Assembly (NCBI GenBank): GCA_964452565.1
Contig: CAYVLY010000003.1
Span: forward strand, 22,555-86,554
DNA length: 64,000 nt
Source of the DNA: an uncultured Gammaproteobacteria bacterium
Lineage (GTDB): Bacteria; Patescibacteriota; Patescibacteriia; UBA9934
Reading direction: 5' to 3'
In this document: positions 43,306-52,980 of the stretch, piece after piece
Layout: every line of letters begins with the position of its first letter
Numbering within the stretch: position 1 is the first letter of the stretch
Made by a program: the position numbers and the translations under genes
The notes under the pieces: model-generated
What the model was told of the DNA's origin: nothing
Seen by the model: the letters and a program-made list of their open reading frames with translations, nothing else
Databases searched by the model: none

Positions 43306-44799
43306 ATGGACGAAAATGCATCACAATACGGAAAGCACAGATTTTGGGAGATGATCCCAGGAATTCTTATTTGGACGACGTTTATCCTTGCGATTGGAGC
43401 GTCTTTTTTTGCTCCTGCAGTTGCTGTAATCTTCATTATCATTTTTGATTTGTACTGGACAATGCGTGTTCTGTACTTTTTGTTTTTTGTTATATTTGCA
43501 CATCGGACATATCGCAAGGCAATGCTTATTGATTGGTATGCAAAGACTCAGGAGATCGAAGATTGGGATCGCCTTTATCACATCGTATTTTTACCAACAG
43601 TCGATGAGGGCATCAACATTTTACGAGATGCCATGGAGTCGATCAAAGAAAGTGCTTATCGAAATGATCGGTTTATTGTTGTGCTTGGTGGTGAAGAGCC
43701 AAGAAAGCAGGAGTTTTTGGAAAAGGCAGAGAAGATTAAAGAAGAATATGGAGATGTGTTTGCGTATTTCATGATAACGGTTCATCCTAAAGGTCTGCCT
43801 GGTGAGATTGTTGGAAAAGGTTCTAACATGAAGTGGATGGAGACTGAGGTTCAGAAGTATATTGATGAGCAGAAGATTCCTTACGAAGATATTCTTGTTA
43901 CAGCGTTTGATATTGATACGATCGCCCATCCTCAGTACTATTCGAGATTGAGCTATTTATATCTCACAGTTGATAAACCTACGCAGGCATCGTATCAACC
44001 AGTGGTGCTATATTCGAATAATGTATGGAAGGTTCAGGCACCGATTCGTGTTTCAGTGTTTGGTACTACTTTCTGGCTTTTGTCTGAGTTGGCCCGATCA
44101 GATCGAATGTGGACGTTTTCATCACATTCTATGACCTGGCAAATGCTTGTTGATGTTGGATTCCATGAGCCAAACTTAGTGTCTGAAGATTCACGCATCT
44201 TTTTGCAAGGTTTGATTCAATATAACGGAGATTATCGTGTAGAGCCAATGTTTTTGCCTGTTTACATGGACGCTGTCGAAGGCGAAGGTTATTGGGATGG
44301 TATGAAAGCGCTTTATAAGCAGCAGAGACGTTGGGCATGGGGAGTGGAGCATCTTCCATACATGCTTGAGAAGTTTAAAGAAAATAAGATGATTCCTTGG
44401 TGGATTAAGACAAAGTATGTTTTTAATCAACTTGAAGGAATGTACACCTGGGCAACAGCACCAATGTTGATTTTCATTCTCGGATACTTGCCATTCTTCA
44501 TGTTGCAAGATACGCCAACAGCGCTTTTGGCAAACTCACCATTCACTCTCGAACGCATGATGCAGGTTGCAACTGCTGGTGTATTCATTAGTGCGCTTTT
44601 GAGTTTTTGGCTTTTACCTAAGCGACCAAAAGATAAATCGCGATGGTGGTGGTTGATTATGATCTTACAATGGGCTTTGTTGCCGATCACGTTTGTAGTA
44701 TTTGGAGCCTTCCCAGCAATCGATGCTCAAACCCGCATGATGACTGGAAAGTATCTTGGATTCAATGTGACAAGAAAGCAGAGGCGAGTTAAAAAGTAG
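43306..44799 (+). CDS. Membrane-embedded processive GT2 glycosyltransferase (cellulose/chitin/hyaluronan-synthase-like)
   Basis: N-terminal TM helices, a DxD-like TAFDIDT, the QQRRWAWG (QxxRW) motif, and C-terminal TM helices. Length 497 aa. Confidence 0.7.
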   Translation: MDENASQYGKHRFWEMIPGILIWTTFILAIGASFFAPAVAVIFIIIFDLYWTMRVLYFLFFVIFAHRTYRKAMLIDWYAKTQEIEDWDRLYHIVFLPTVDEGINILRDAMESIKESAYRNDRFIVVLGGEEPRKQEFLEKAEKIKEEYGDVFAYFMITVHPKGLPGEIVGKGSNMKWMETEVQKYIDEQKIPYEDILVTAFDIDTIAHPQYYSRLSYLYLTVDKPTQASYQPVVLYSNNVWKVQAPIRVSVFGTTFWLLSELARSDRMWTFSSHSMTWQMLVDVGFHEPNLVSEDSRIFLQGLIQYNGDYRVEPMFLPVYMDAVEGEGYWDGMKALYKQQRRWAWGVEHLPYMLEKFKENKMIPWWIKTKYVFNQLEGMYTWATAPMLIFILGYLPFFMLQDTPTALLANSPFTLERMMQVATAGVFISALLSFWLLPKRPKDKSRWWWLIMILQWALLPITFVVFGAFPAIDAQTRMMTGKYLGFNVTRKQRRVKK

Positions 44800-44850
44800 A
44801 TATTAACAAAAGGCCCGGCATCGCGTCGGGTTTTGTGTTTGGTACAAGAG

Positions 44851-44868
44851 TTGATGCGATCGCATCAA
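44851..44868. repeat. Perfect 18-nt palindrome TTGATGCGATCGCATCAA between the convergent genes
   Basis: Read directly from the sequence. It contains a GCGATCGC core. Confidence 0.5.
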
Positions 44869-44942
44869 AAGTTGTACTTTAAAGATAGAAAAGAAGAACC
44901 CCCGCGCGAGCAGGGGCTCGACGGAGGCGAGGGGGGCGTGGG

Positions 44943-45497
44943 TCAGATGGAGTAGCCCATGCAGGTGGACCAGCGGATGGCGCGCTTGATCACGGGGCTG
45001 CGGTAGCCGGCATGTGGTGTGGTGACCACCTCCAGGCTGAAGAGCACTGCGGCCACGGGGATGGCCAGGAATATGATGGTGGCTGCGACGTTGTACACGT
45101 ACCACGCCGGTTCGAAGTAGGCTGGGATGCTCTCCAGTAGCCCGATGTCCACCAGTACCCTGGTTTCCCACCAGAAAACCGAGTACTCGATTGTCGGCTG
45201 GATGTTCCAGCCGATGGCTTCGAGCCACTGGCTGGGCGCGTAGATGGTGAAGAAGAACAGGCTGACTGCCCAGATGAGCGCACCGACGGCCAGGCAGCTG
45301 ACGAACTCGACCACACCGTTCACCACTTTCATGGTGCTGTTCCGGTCTTCGTAGTTCTCCCTGAGGATCACGTCCAGCTGGGCTGCCGCTACCGCAATGA
45401 ACGGGAATAGGATCACAGAGCAGACCAGGCCCCAGACCAGGGACCAGAGGGCGCCGACACGGCGCAGGACGGAGATGAGCATTGTTTTGCCTTTCAT
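44943..45497 (-). CDS. GC-rich integral membrane protein (cassette G5; start 45497 or 45482)
   Basis: GC-rich ORF with a GC-rich hairpin and T-rich 3' flank. An upstream promoter is on the - strand. Confidence 0.5.
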   Translation of the reverse strand: MKGKTMLISVLRRVGALWSLVWGLVCSVILFPFIAVAAAQLDVILRENYEDRNSTMKVVNGVVEFVSCLAVGALIWAVSLFFFTIYAPSQWLEAIGWNIQPTIEYSVFWWETRVLVDIGLLESIPAYFEPAWYVYNVAATIIFLAIPVAAVLFSLEVVTTPHAGYRSPVIKRAIRWSTCMGYSI

Positions 45498-45586
45498 GCT
45501 CGGGTTCTCAGAGGGCATATTCATTATACACTCAGAGAACGCGAGCACTGATAAATTGCTCACACATTATGAAATATCAACAAACT

Positions 45587-45615
45587 ATAATAGCGCAAAA
45601 ATGCCTTTTTGTCAA
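45587..45615 (-). promoter_or_regulatory. Consensus promoter on the - strand: TTGACA-aaaaggcatttttgcgc-TATTAT
   Basis: -35 at 45615-45610 and -10 at 45592-45587, with a 17-nt spacer. The spacer closely resembles those of the G4 and G7 promoters. Confidence 0.5.
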
Positions 45616-45692
45616 GGATTCTAACTAATATTGGGCTTTTTTTAAAGTAATTTTGGTAAACATTTAAGGAATTAAGTACACTGTGTACATCT

Positions 45693-46724
45693 ATGCATGT
45701 ATATGTACACATTATTGCTTGGAATGAGCGGGACTATTTGCCTGCGCTTTTAGAGTCCTTAGGGGGTCAGACCCACAAAAATTTCACAATCCGACTTTTG
45801 GATAATGGATCAACTGATGGCACTTATGAGTTTATTCAGCAGCATTGTCCAAAGAACCTAGTTGTTCGCAATAATAAGAACTTGGGATTTGCTGAAGGTC
45901 ATAATCAGTTGATTCGATTTACCTTAGATCGGGCACCAGAGAACCAACAGGCTGCTATCTTACTTGCGAACGCCGACATGCTTATCGAGCCAGATGCGAT
46001 TGAAAAGATGGTCAAGACTCTCGGAAAGAATATCGGAGCAGTACAGCCTAAGCTATATCGAGCGTTCGGCGAGAATATTGGCGATGAGTATCTTGAGGAG
46101 ACAGTCAAATCAGATATATTTGATACAACTGGACTTCAGGTTTCAAAGTCTTGGCGTATGGGTGATCGTGGCGCAGGGGATATGGATGCCGGTCAGTATG
46201 ATCAAAAATTGGACCTTTTTGGTCCAGGTGGGGCTATGTTTATGATTCCGATCGAGACTGTACGCGATGTGATAGTCGAAAATGATTTTTTCGATTCTGA
46301 CTTTTTTGCTTATCGAGAAGATTGTGACTTGGCTTGGAGATTACAAAAGCGAAGGTGGAAGACTGTATTTGTACCAGACGCCATTGCATATCATTATCGA
46401 GGGATGTATGGAGCTGAGAAGCAAACATGGCTGCAGCGCTTAAGGAATCGCAAAGGACAGAATCCATTTTTCGCAGCATACTCGACGCGTAATCAACTTT
46501 TCGTACTTTTGAAGAATCTAACGTTTGGAGATTTGATTCTCGGACTACCCTGGATTGTATTTAATGAAGGTGGTAGAGTCGTTTATGCATTTTTCTTTGA
46601 GGGTCAGACCCGCTCAAGACTTCTCCAAGGAATCAAGCTAATACCTAAGATGCTTAAGAAACGCAAGCAGATTCTAAAGCGACAGCTAAAGCCTGAGAGC
46701 GAGATCCGCGCGTATGTTGAATAA
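45693..46724 (+). CDS. Glycosyltransferase family 2
   Basis: GT-A N-terminus (IIAWNERDYLPALLESL…LDNGSTDGT). Length 343 aa. Confidence 0.8.
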   Translation: MHVYVHIIAWNERDYLPALLESLGGQTHKNFTIRLLDNGSTDGTYEFIQQHCPKNLVVRNNKNLGFAEGHNQLIRFTLDRAPENQQAAILLANADMLIEPDAIEKMVKTLGKNIGAVQPKLYRAFGENIGDEYLEETVKSDIFDTTGLQVSKSWRMGDRGAGDMDAGQYDQKLDLFGPGGAMFMIPIETVRDVIVENDFFDSDFFAYREDCDLAWRLQKRRWKTVFVPDAIAYHYRGMYGAEKQTWLQRLRNRKGQNPFFAAYSTRNQLFVLLKNLTFGDLILGLPWIVFNEGGRVVYAFFFEGQTRSRLLQGIKLIPKMLKKRKQILKRQLKPESEIRAYVE

Positions 46725-47547
46725 TTCCAAAACAATCGATCTGTCGATCCTTATTGTTCACACGTTTGAGGGTCGTTTGTTGCGTCAGACTTTAGGGAGT
46801 ATCAGTCGCGCAGCACCCAAGGTGAACTTCGAGGTTGTTATCATCGATAATAATCCTGCTGCTGGATTTGGTGAGGTTCTTGCAGATGAATTCCCGCACA
46901 TTCGTCACATTGGGCTTGAGAGAAATGTTGGATTTGGAGCTGCGATGAATGTTGGAATCAAGGCAGCAAAAGGGCGCTATGTATTGATCTTTAACCCAGA
47001 TATTGTTGTGCAGCCCGAGTCTCTAGAGACAATGATGGAGTTTATGGATGAAAATCATGATGTGGGGATCTGCGGTCCTCAACTTAAAAATCCAGATGGT
47101 AGCCTTCAATACTCATGTTACAGATTTCCAACAGTAATGATTCCGGCATATCGAAGAACACCGCTGGGCAAGTTTTCATTTGGTCGCAGAGCTGTGGAGC
47201 ATTATCTTATGACTCACGAGAACCATGATCAAGAGATGGATGTTGACTCTCTTATTGGTGCAGCGTTATTCACACGAAAGACAACACTAGATGAGGTTGG
47301 GCATTTTGATGAGCGCTTTTTCATGTATTATGAGGATAATGATCTTTGTAGGAGGTTTTGGGAAAAAGGGCACAGAGTAGTTTATTACCCAAAAGCACAC
47401 ATGATCCATTATCATCGACGTGCAAGTGCTGATGGCAACTTTCTAAAGCAACTATTCAATCGATTTGCCTGGATACAGATTGCGAGTGCTATAAAGTTTT
47501 TTGCAAAATATAGAGGAAAAGAGAATCCTCGCAGAGTGATCAAATGA
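46714..47547 (+). CDS. Glycosyltransferase family 2
   Basis: GT-A N-terminus (LSILIVHTFEG…VVIIDNNPA) and DxD region. It overlaps the upstream GT2 by 11 nt. Confidence 0.8.
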   Translation: MLNNSKTIDLSILIVHTFEGRLLRQTLGSISRAAPKVNFEVVIIDNNPAAGFGEVLADEFPHIRHIGLERNVGFGAAMNVGIKAAKGRYVLIFNPDIVVQPESLETMMEFMDENHDVGICGPQLKNPDGSLQYSCYRFPTVMIPAYRRTPLGKFSFGRRAVEHYLMTHENHDQEMDVDSLIGAALFTRKTTLDEVGHFDERFFMYYEDNDLCRRFWEKGHRVVYYPKAHMIHYHRRASADGNFLKQLFNRFAWIQIASAIKFFAKYRGKENPRRVIK

Positions 47548-47611
47548 ACAGGGAGTTGTGGGATATGCAACATTTCATGTAAAATAGCAGAAAGATTATT
47601 AATCTATTTAT

Positions 47612-47875
47612 ATGCAAGAAGGTAGTAGAGAACAGGGGAAGTCACGTTATGAAAGTATGAGTAACGCTGATTTGGTTGGCGAATGGGAGATGTCTTATTC
47701 AGATTGGGATCAGGCTATGAGTCTTGAGGGGGCTGACAGCTATGACGAGGAAGCAGTAGAACGAGAGTATCAGGTTATGGCCGAGATCCAGCCATTACTC
47801 GCAGATCGAGGTCTTTGGGATGAGAAAGCAAAAAAGCCAAGTAAAAGTAGTGTTGAATTGGAGGGGGGAGAATAA
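47612..47875 (+). CDS. Small acidic hypothetical protein (87 aa)
   Basis: ORF followed by a clear terminator (47899-47924 aagagcca-ctaaca-tggctctt plus tt). Confidence 0.4.
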   Translation: MQEGSREQGKSRYESMSNADLVGEWEMSYSDWDQAMSLEGADSYDEEAVEREYQVMAEIQPLLADRGLWDEKAKKPSKSSVELEGGE

Positions 47876-47938
47876 AACAAACCCTAGATCCCAAAGTAAA
47901 GAGCCACTAACATGGCTCTTTTCTGATATAATACCAAC

Positions 47939-49933
47939 ATGCCAAAGGGGTTAAACTTTTTAGAGGAGCCAGATGCTCTTGGTGGCCCAGAGCCAGATAC
48001 AGAGCCAATGATCTCCTATCAACCACCGAAGATGCCTTTTAAGGTGAAGAAGGTGAGTTTTATTGCAGTCGGAGGCATTCTGCTTGTTGCGTGTCTTTTC
48101 TTTTTGATTAGCATAGGAAGGTTTGTTAATGCTGCTCTCGATGTCCAAGATTCACTTGAGGCGGCACAGGCCTATGCTTTGGAGTTTGAGTTTGAAAGGG
48201 CACAGATTGAAGTAAGGGAGGCTCAAGATTCGCTTGAGATAGCCAAGAGTAGCTTATGGGCTGCCAAGTGGATGTATCCATTGCCATATGTTGGTGATCA
48301 AGTTGAGGCACTGGTTGTGTTGGTCGACACTGGGATAACACTTGCTGGTGTTATGGATGATGCTTTGTCAATTGTTCAAGAGGTGTATTCGTCAGTTTCT
48401 GACATTCAAGATGCACTCGATGATGTTGCTGGGCTTGATAAGGAATATACGTTTGAAACATTGCCAAGTGACGTGCGTGTGGAGATACTTCAGACATTTA
48501 GTAATATTGCACCAGATTTAGCCAAAGCCAGTGTTCAGTTAGATATTGCACAAGAAAAGCTTTCTGAATTGGAGGGTCTGCAGCTTTTAGGTGATATGGA
48601 AGATGTTGTCCTAGAGCTTCAAGAAACATTGCCTAAGATTGCTGCTGCAGTTGAGCTTATTACACCATTTGCGCAGTCGATCGATGAACTTGCAGGGGTG
48701 GATCAGGATAGACAGTGGCTTTTGCTATTTTTGAATAACACAGAGATGCGGCCAGGTGGTGGCTTTATGGGTGTTTATGGATTACTACAGGTACGTGACG
48801 GAGAGATTATTGATATAACAACTGCTGATACTTATTCAATTGATCAATTGGTTGAGAGTGATGAATACGTTGTCGAGCCGCCGTATCCAATCGAGGCCTA
48901 TTTGGGGCTTGATACATGGTACTTCCGTGATGCTAACTGGTACCCAGACTTTGCAGAGTCGTCGAAAACCGCAGTACAACTTTTGCGCCAAGAGTATTCT
49001 TATTCAGGTCAGCCAGTTCCTGAGATCCATGGCGTTATTGGATTCACACCAACTGTTGTCGAGATGTTACTTGAGGTGATCGGCGATGTCACAGTTGATG
49101 GAATCACTTTTACAAGTGAGAATTTCACCGAGACTCTTGAGTATGATGTTGAGTTTGGATTTAAAGAACGTGGAGTTGCATGGGAAGATCGTAAGGCGAT
49201 AATCAACGATCTTGTCGATGAGCTCATGGATCGATTAATGGATGTATCTATTACAGAGCTTCCAGGTTTGATCACAGCCTTTGAGCAGATGTTCACGCAA
49301 AAGCAGATCGGAATGTATAGCTTTGATGCTCAAACCCAGGTTGTGTTTGAAGATGCTGACTGGGCAGGCGTGCTAGATGTTGACGAAACAGATGACTTTT
49401 TGTTGGTAGCTGACGCGAACATGGGTGCTCTGAAGACTGATCACGCAATGGAAAAGGAGATCGTGTATTCAATTATTCCAAGTGATAATGGTTACCAGGC
49501 GCAAGTTGATATCACTTATTATCATCAGGGTGGCTTTGATTGGCGCACAACTCGTTATCTAAGTTACACAAGTATCTTGGCGCCCATTGGTAGTGAGTTG
49601 ATCTCAACAACTGGTGACAATGCATCTGCATATGAAGAGCTTGGAACAATGCGGTTTGGAAGCTATATCTCAATAGAGCCTGGAGAGACTGGCACTCTAT
49701 CATTTGTGTATTCATTGCCAGACTCTGTGAGCGAGGCAATCGAAGATGGGCTTTATGATTTGACCGTTTTCAAGCAAGTAGGTTCTAAACAGGCTGCGTT
49801 GACTCTAGACCTTGATTTTGATAAAAACCTAAGAGCAGCAGAGCCTTCTGAGCTGGAAGACCAGTATGGAGATCAGACATATCACGTTGAGGTTCAGCTA
49901 GATCAGGATTTGGAGTTTATTGTGCAGTTTTAG
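47939..49933 (+). CDS. Membrane-anchored hypothetical protein (N-terminal TM plus large ectodomain; DUF4012-like architecture)
   Basis: 664-aa ORF with TM helix FIAVGGILLVACLFFLISI, sited in a glycan locus. The family assignment is from memory only. Confidence 0.6.
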   Translation: MPKGLNFLEEPDALGGPEPDTEPMISYQPPKMPFKVKKVSFIAVGGILLVACLFFLISIGRFVNAALDVQDSLEAAQAYALEFEFERAQIEVREAQDSLEIAKSSLWAAKWMYPLPYVGDQVEALVVLVDTGITLAGVMDDALSIVQEVYSSVSDIQDALDDVAGLDKEYTFETLPSDVRVEILQTFSNIAPDLAKASVQLDIAQEKLSELEGLQLLGDMEDVVLELQETLPKIAAAVELITPFAQSIDELAGVDQDRQWLLLFLNNTEMRPGGGFMGVYGLLQVRDGEIIDITTADTYSIDQLVESDEYVVEPPYPIEAYLGLDTWYFRDANWYPDFAESSKTAVQLLRQEYSYSGQPVPEIHGVIGFTPTVVEMLLEVIGDVTVDGITFTSENFTETLEYDVEFGFKERGVAWEDRKAIINDLVDELMDRLMDVSITELPGLITAFEQMFTQKQIGMYSFDAQTQVVFEDADWAGVLDVDETDDFLLVADANMGALKTDHAMEKEIVYSIIPSDNGYQAQVDITYYHQGGFDWRTTRYLSYTSILAPIGSELISTTGDNASAYEELGTMRFGSYISIEPGETGTLSFVYSLPDSVSEAIEDGLYDLTVFKQVGSKQAALTLDLDFDKNLRAAEPSELEDQYGDQTYHVEVQLDQDLEFIVQF

Positions 49934-49942
49934 CACTGCACT

Positions 49943-50026
49943 GTGTCACCCCTGCGCAGGCAGGGGTCCATCGAAAAGTCGAGTTCGATATATATCGATG
50001 GATCCCGGCTCAGGGGCCGGGATGAC
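49943..50026 (+). repeat. Three-hairpin GC-rich intergenic element (family X/Y, + orientation)
   Basis: Sequence gtgtcacccctgcgcaggcaggggtccatcgaaaagtcgagttcgatatatatcgatggatcccggctcaggggccgggatgac. It is about 80% identical to the reverse complement of 57094-57175. Confidence 0.6.
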
Positions 50027-50069
50027 GAATGAATTTAGACGGAGGATTGAGGGGGGGAGATACTTACTT

Positions 50070-51074
50070 ATGTTCGAGAAAAAAATTGGAATTGATTTAG
50101 GAACCACCACGGTTTTGGTATATCTGCCGAAGCGTGGAATTATTATCAATGAGCCATCTGTGGTAGCGGTATCCAAGGCAGACAGAAAAGTTTTGGCAGT
50201 TGGAAAAGAGGCAAAGGACATGCTTGGGCGCACCCCGGATACAATTGTTGCTCAACGTCCACTTAAGGATGGGGTGATTGCTGACTATAAAACCACAGAG
50301 GCAATGCTTCGATATTTCATCAATAAGTCTCTTGGAGGAATGCGGATTTTGCGTCCTGAAGTAATGGTTGCGGTTCCTGGTGGGATCACCTCAACTGAAA
50401 GACGTGCAGTTATTGATGCAGCACTCTCTGCTGGAGCAAAAGCTGCTTATATTATCCGTCAACCAATCGTTGCAGCCATAGGTGCGAGTATCCCAATCGG
50501 AAGTCCATCAGGTCACATGGTAGTTGAGATTGGTGGGGGAACCACTGAGGTTGCAGTTATCTCGCTTGGGGGGATTGTTGCATCTGACTCTGTCAGAATT
50601 GGGGGAGTTAAGTTTGATCAGGCGATCATGGAACATATTCGCAAGAAGTACAACCTTGCCGTTGGTGAACGAACTGCAGAGGAAATTAAGATTCGAGTTG
50701 GTTCCGCAATGTACTTGGAGGACAAACTTGAGATGGAAGTTAAGGGCCGAGATATGATAACTGGACTTCCAAAAATCATGATCGTGACCTCGGATGATGT
50801 CACAGAAGCTATCCAACCGCTCTTAGAAGGGATCCTAGAGGCAATTAAAGAGGTGTTGTATAAAACACCACCTGAGCTCTCCGCTGATGTGATGGACAAA
50901 GGAATCGTGATTTCTGGTGGAAGTTCACAGCTGCGGAACTTTGATCGGCTCATTGCAGAGGCGACTGGAGTGCCTACTTATTTGGCAGAAGAGTCACAAC
51001 TTTGTGTTGCAAAGGGAACAGGAATTGCACTTGATAATCTTGACGCTTACAAGCGTAGCGTCTTCACTGGCTAG
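50070..51074 (+). CDS. mreB: Rod-shape-determining actin homologue MreB
   Basis: KIGIDLGTTTVLVY phosphate-1 motif, plus VEIGGGTTEVAVIS and ISGGSSQL. Confidence 0.85.
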   Translation: MFEKKIGIDLGTTTVLVYLPKRGIIINEPSVVAVSKADRKVLAVGKEAKDMLGRTPDTIVAQRPLKDGVIADYKTTEAMLRYFINKSLGGMRILRPEVMVAVPGGITSTERRAVIDAALSAGAKAAYIIRQPIVAAIGASIPIGSPSGHMVVEIGGGTTEVAVISLGGIVASDSVRIGGVKFDQAIMEHIRKKYNLAVGERTAEEIKIRVGSAMYLEDKLEMEVKGRDMITGLPKIMIVTSDDVTEAIQPLLEGILEAIKEVLYKTPPELSADVMDKGIVISGGSSQLRNFDRLIAEATGVPTYLAEESQLCVAKGTGIALDNLDAYKRSVFTG

Positions 51075-51076
51075 TT

Positions 51077-52195
51077 ATGATTTACGGAATCGACGTTAAT
51101 GCCCTGACACGACCGAACTACACTGGAGTTGAAAGGTATGTGTTTGAGCTAATAAGCGAGATGATGAAAAAACCGCTTAAGGAGGGGGAGCGGGTTTTTT
51201 TGTATACATCAAATATCGTCGATGATCTTGGAGAGTTACCAGAAGGATGGGAATGGAAAGTCTTAAAGCTTTCAATATTATCAAAGGGTTGGACGCATAT
51301 GCGATTAAGCTGGGAACTACTTGTAAGGCCGCCTGATGTATTCTTCTCACCTGCACATGAGATTCCATTGGGATCTTGGCGAACAAAAATTGTGAACACA
51401 ATTCACGACATTGCTTTTGTCCATGTGCCCGAGGTGTATACATTTTTTAATCGTTTTCGACAGAAATGGGCAGTTAGACGCGCAGCTCAAAAGGCTGATC
51501 AGATTTTAACGGTTTCAGAGACCACAAAGGCTGATCTTGAGAAGTTCTACAAGATTCGGTCTGATCGAATGACTGTAACTAGATTAGGGGTCAGACCCAA
51601 TAAGTTTAGGGTCAGACCCAGGGATGTGGATGAAATTTTGCAAAAATACCATTTAAAAGCTCAGAAGTACTTACTAACCATCGGTCGAGTTGAAAAGAAA
51701 AAGGGAATTGGTTTTTTGCTGCAAGTTTTTGAAAAGTACATTGAAAAGCACCCCGAGTCAGATTTACACTTAGTTCTTGGAGGAAAGATGGGAAATGGCC
51801 AAGAGGAGATTGAGAATCAAATCAAAAGCTCAAAGGCCAAGGATCGAGCCCATGTTTTAGGATTTGTACCTGAGGAAGATCTTGCTGCATTGATGCATGG
51901 ATCGCTGGCATATGTTTTTCCTTCAACCTATGAAGGATTTGGCATTCCAGCACTTGAGGCCATGGCAGCTGGAACTCCAGTAATAGCATCAGATGTACCT
52001 GCATTGCGTGAGGTATGTGGCGATGCAGCCTTGATTCGATCAACGCAAGATATCCATGCCTGGGTTGATGCTATGGAGCAGGTTCGAGGTAGTGAAATTA
52101 GATCGAATCTGATCGAAAAGGGAAATCAGCGAGTACAAGAGTTTACTTGGCAAAGTACGGCACAAAAGACGTGGGAGGTTTTGAGGGATTTGTAG
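51077..52195 (+). CDS. Glycosyltransferase family 4
   Basis: GT4 C-terminal region (FPSTYEGFGIPALEAMAAGTPVIASDV). Confidence 0.8.
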   Translation: MIYGIDVNALTRPNYTGVERYVFELISEMMKKPLKEGERVFLYTSNIVDDLGELPEGWEWKVLKLSILSKGWTHMRLSWELLVRPPDVFFSPAHEIPLGSWRTKIVNTIHDIAFVHVPEVYTFFNRFRQKWAVRRAAQKADQILTVSETTKADLEKFYKIRSDRMTVTRLGVRPNKFRVRPRDVDEILQKYHLKAQKYLLTIGRVEKKKGIGFLLQVFEKYIEKHPESDLHLVLGGKMGNGQEEIENQIKSSKAKDRAHVLGFVPEEDLAALMHGSLAYVFPSTYEGFGIPALEAMAAGTPVIASDVPALREVCGDAALIRSTQDIHAWVDAMEQVRGSEIRSNLIEKGNQRVQEFTWQSTAQKTWEVLRDL

Positions 52196-52197
52196 AT

Positions 52198-52971
52198 ATG
52201 CGTGACATTATTACCGAACTTATACATTTAGGATTTTCACCCAATGAGGCCAAGGTGTATTTGGCAGCATTGGAGTTGAGCGTGTCACCTGCACAACGAA
52301 TTGGTGATAAGGCTGGTGCTAATCGTGCAACAACCTATGCGGTGCTTAAGAGTTTGATAAAGAAGGGGTTGATTACTTCAGTAAATGTCGATGGCACACA
52401 ACACTTTAGGGCAGAGGCCCCGCAGTCGATTTTGACATTATTTGAGCTTCAGCAGCGGGAGTTAGAGAAGCGAAAGCATAAGGCACATCAAACAATCCAG
52501 CGTTTGCAGGTGTTTCACAATACTGATGGCAGTAAACCTAAGATTCGTTATTTTGAGCGTGTTACGGGGCTTCGTGCTATGCAGGCAGAGTATGAGATGT
52601 TGGATGAGGATATGATTCAGATTGTGGGACTGGATACTTTGAAAAAGCTCTATGATCCATCTTCAGATGGAGAGCATGCAAAAGAGTTGAAGCGTAAGGA
52701 TCGAAAAGTGAAGACCATTATTGCAACGCAAGAAGATACATCGCATTTAGATGAGCTTGATAACTTTCAATATGTTGTTGTTGATCCAGATGTTGTAAGT
52801 ATCAAAGGTGAGATGACAGTTTGCGGCGATCGGGTTGTTATGTTTTCTTACTCATCGAGTATCATCGCCGTAGAGGTTCAGTCAAAGGAGATTGCAGATA
52901 CTGCAAGGGCAACACTTGAGCTTGCTTGGAATGAGGCTGTTAGGCTTTCGAGGATAGGAAAGGAAGATTAG
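52198..52971 (+). CDS. TrmB-family transcriptional regulator
   Basis: N-terminal wHTH (LGFSPNEAKVYLAALELSVSPAQRIGDKAGANRATTYAVLKSLIKKGLI) and a C-terminal TrmB-like domain. Confidence 0.65.
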   Translation: MRDIITELIHLGFSPNEAKVYLAALELSVSPAQRIGDKAGANRATTYAVLKSLIKKGLITSVNVDGTQHFRAEAPQSILTLFELQQRELEKRKHKAHQTIQRLQVFHNTDGSKPKIRYFERVTGLRAMQAEYEMLDEDMIQIVGLDTLKKLYDPSSDGEHAKELKRKDRKVKTIIATQEDTSHLDELDNFQYVVVDPDVVSIKGEMTVCGDRVVMFSYSSSIIAVEVQSKEIADTARATLELAWNEAVRLSRIGKED

Positions 52972-52980
52972 TTATCGCTT

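Noticed and set aside
44803-45316. Alternative minus-strand ORFs 44803-45228 and 44990-45316
   Set aside because: Overlapping frames of the same GC-rich segment. The 44943-45497 frame encodes a coherent multi-TM protein and starts downstream of the consensus promoter.
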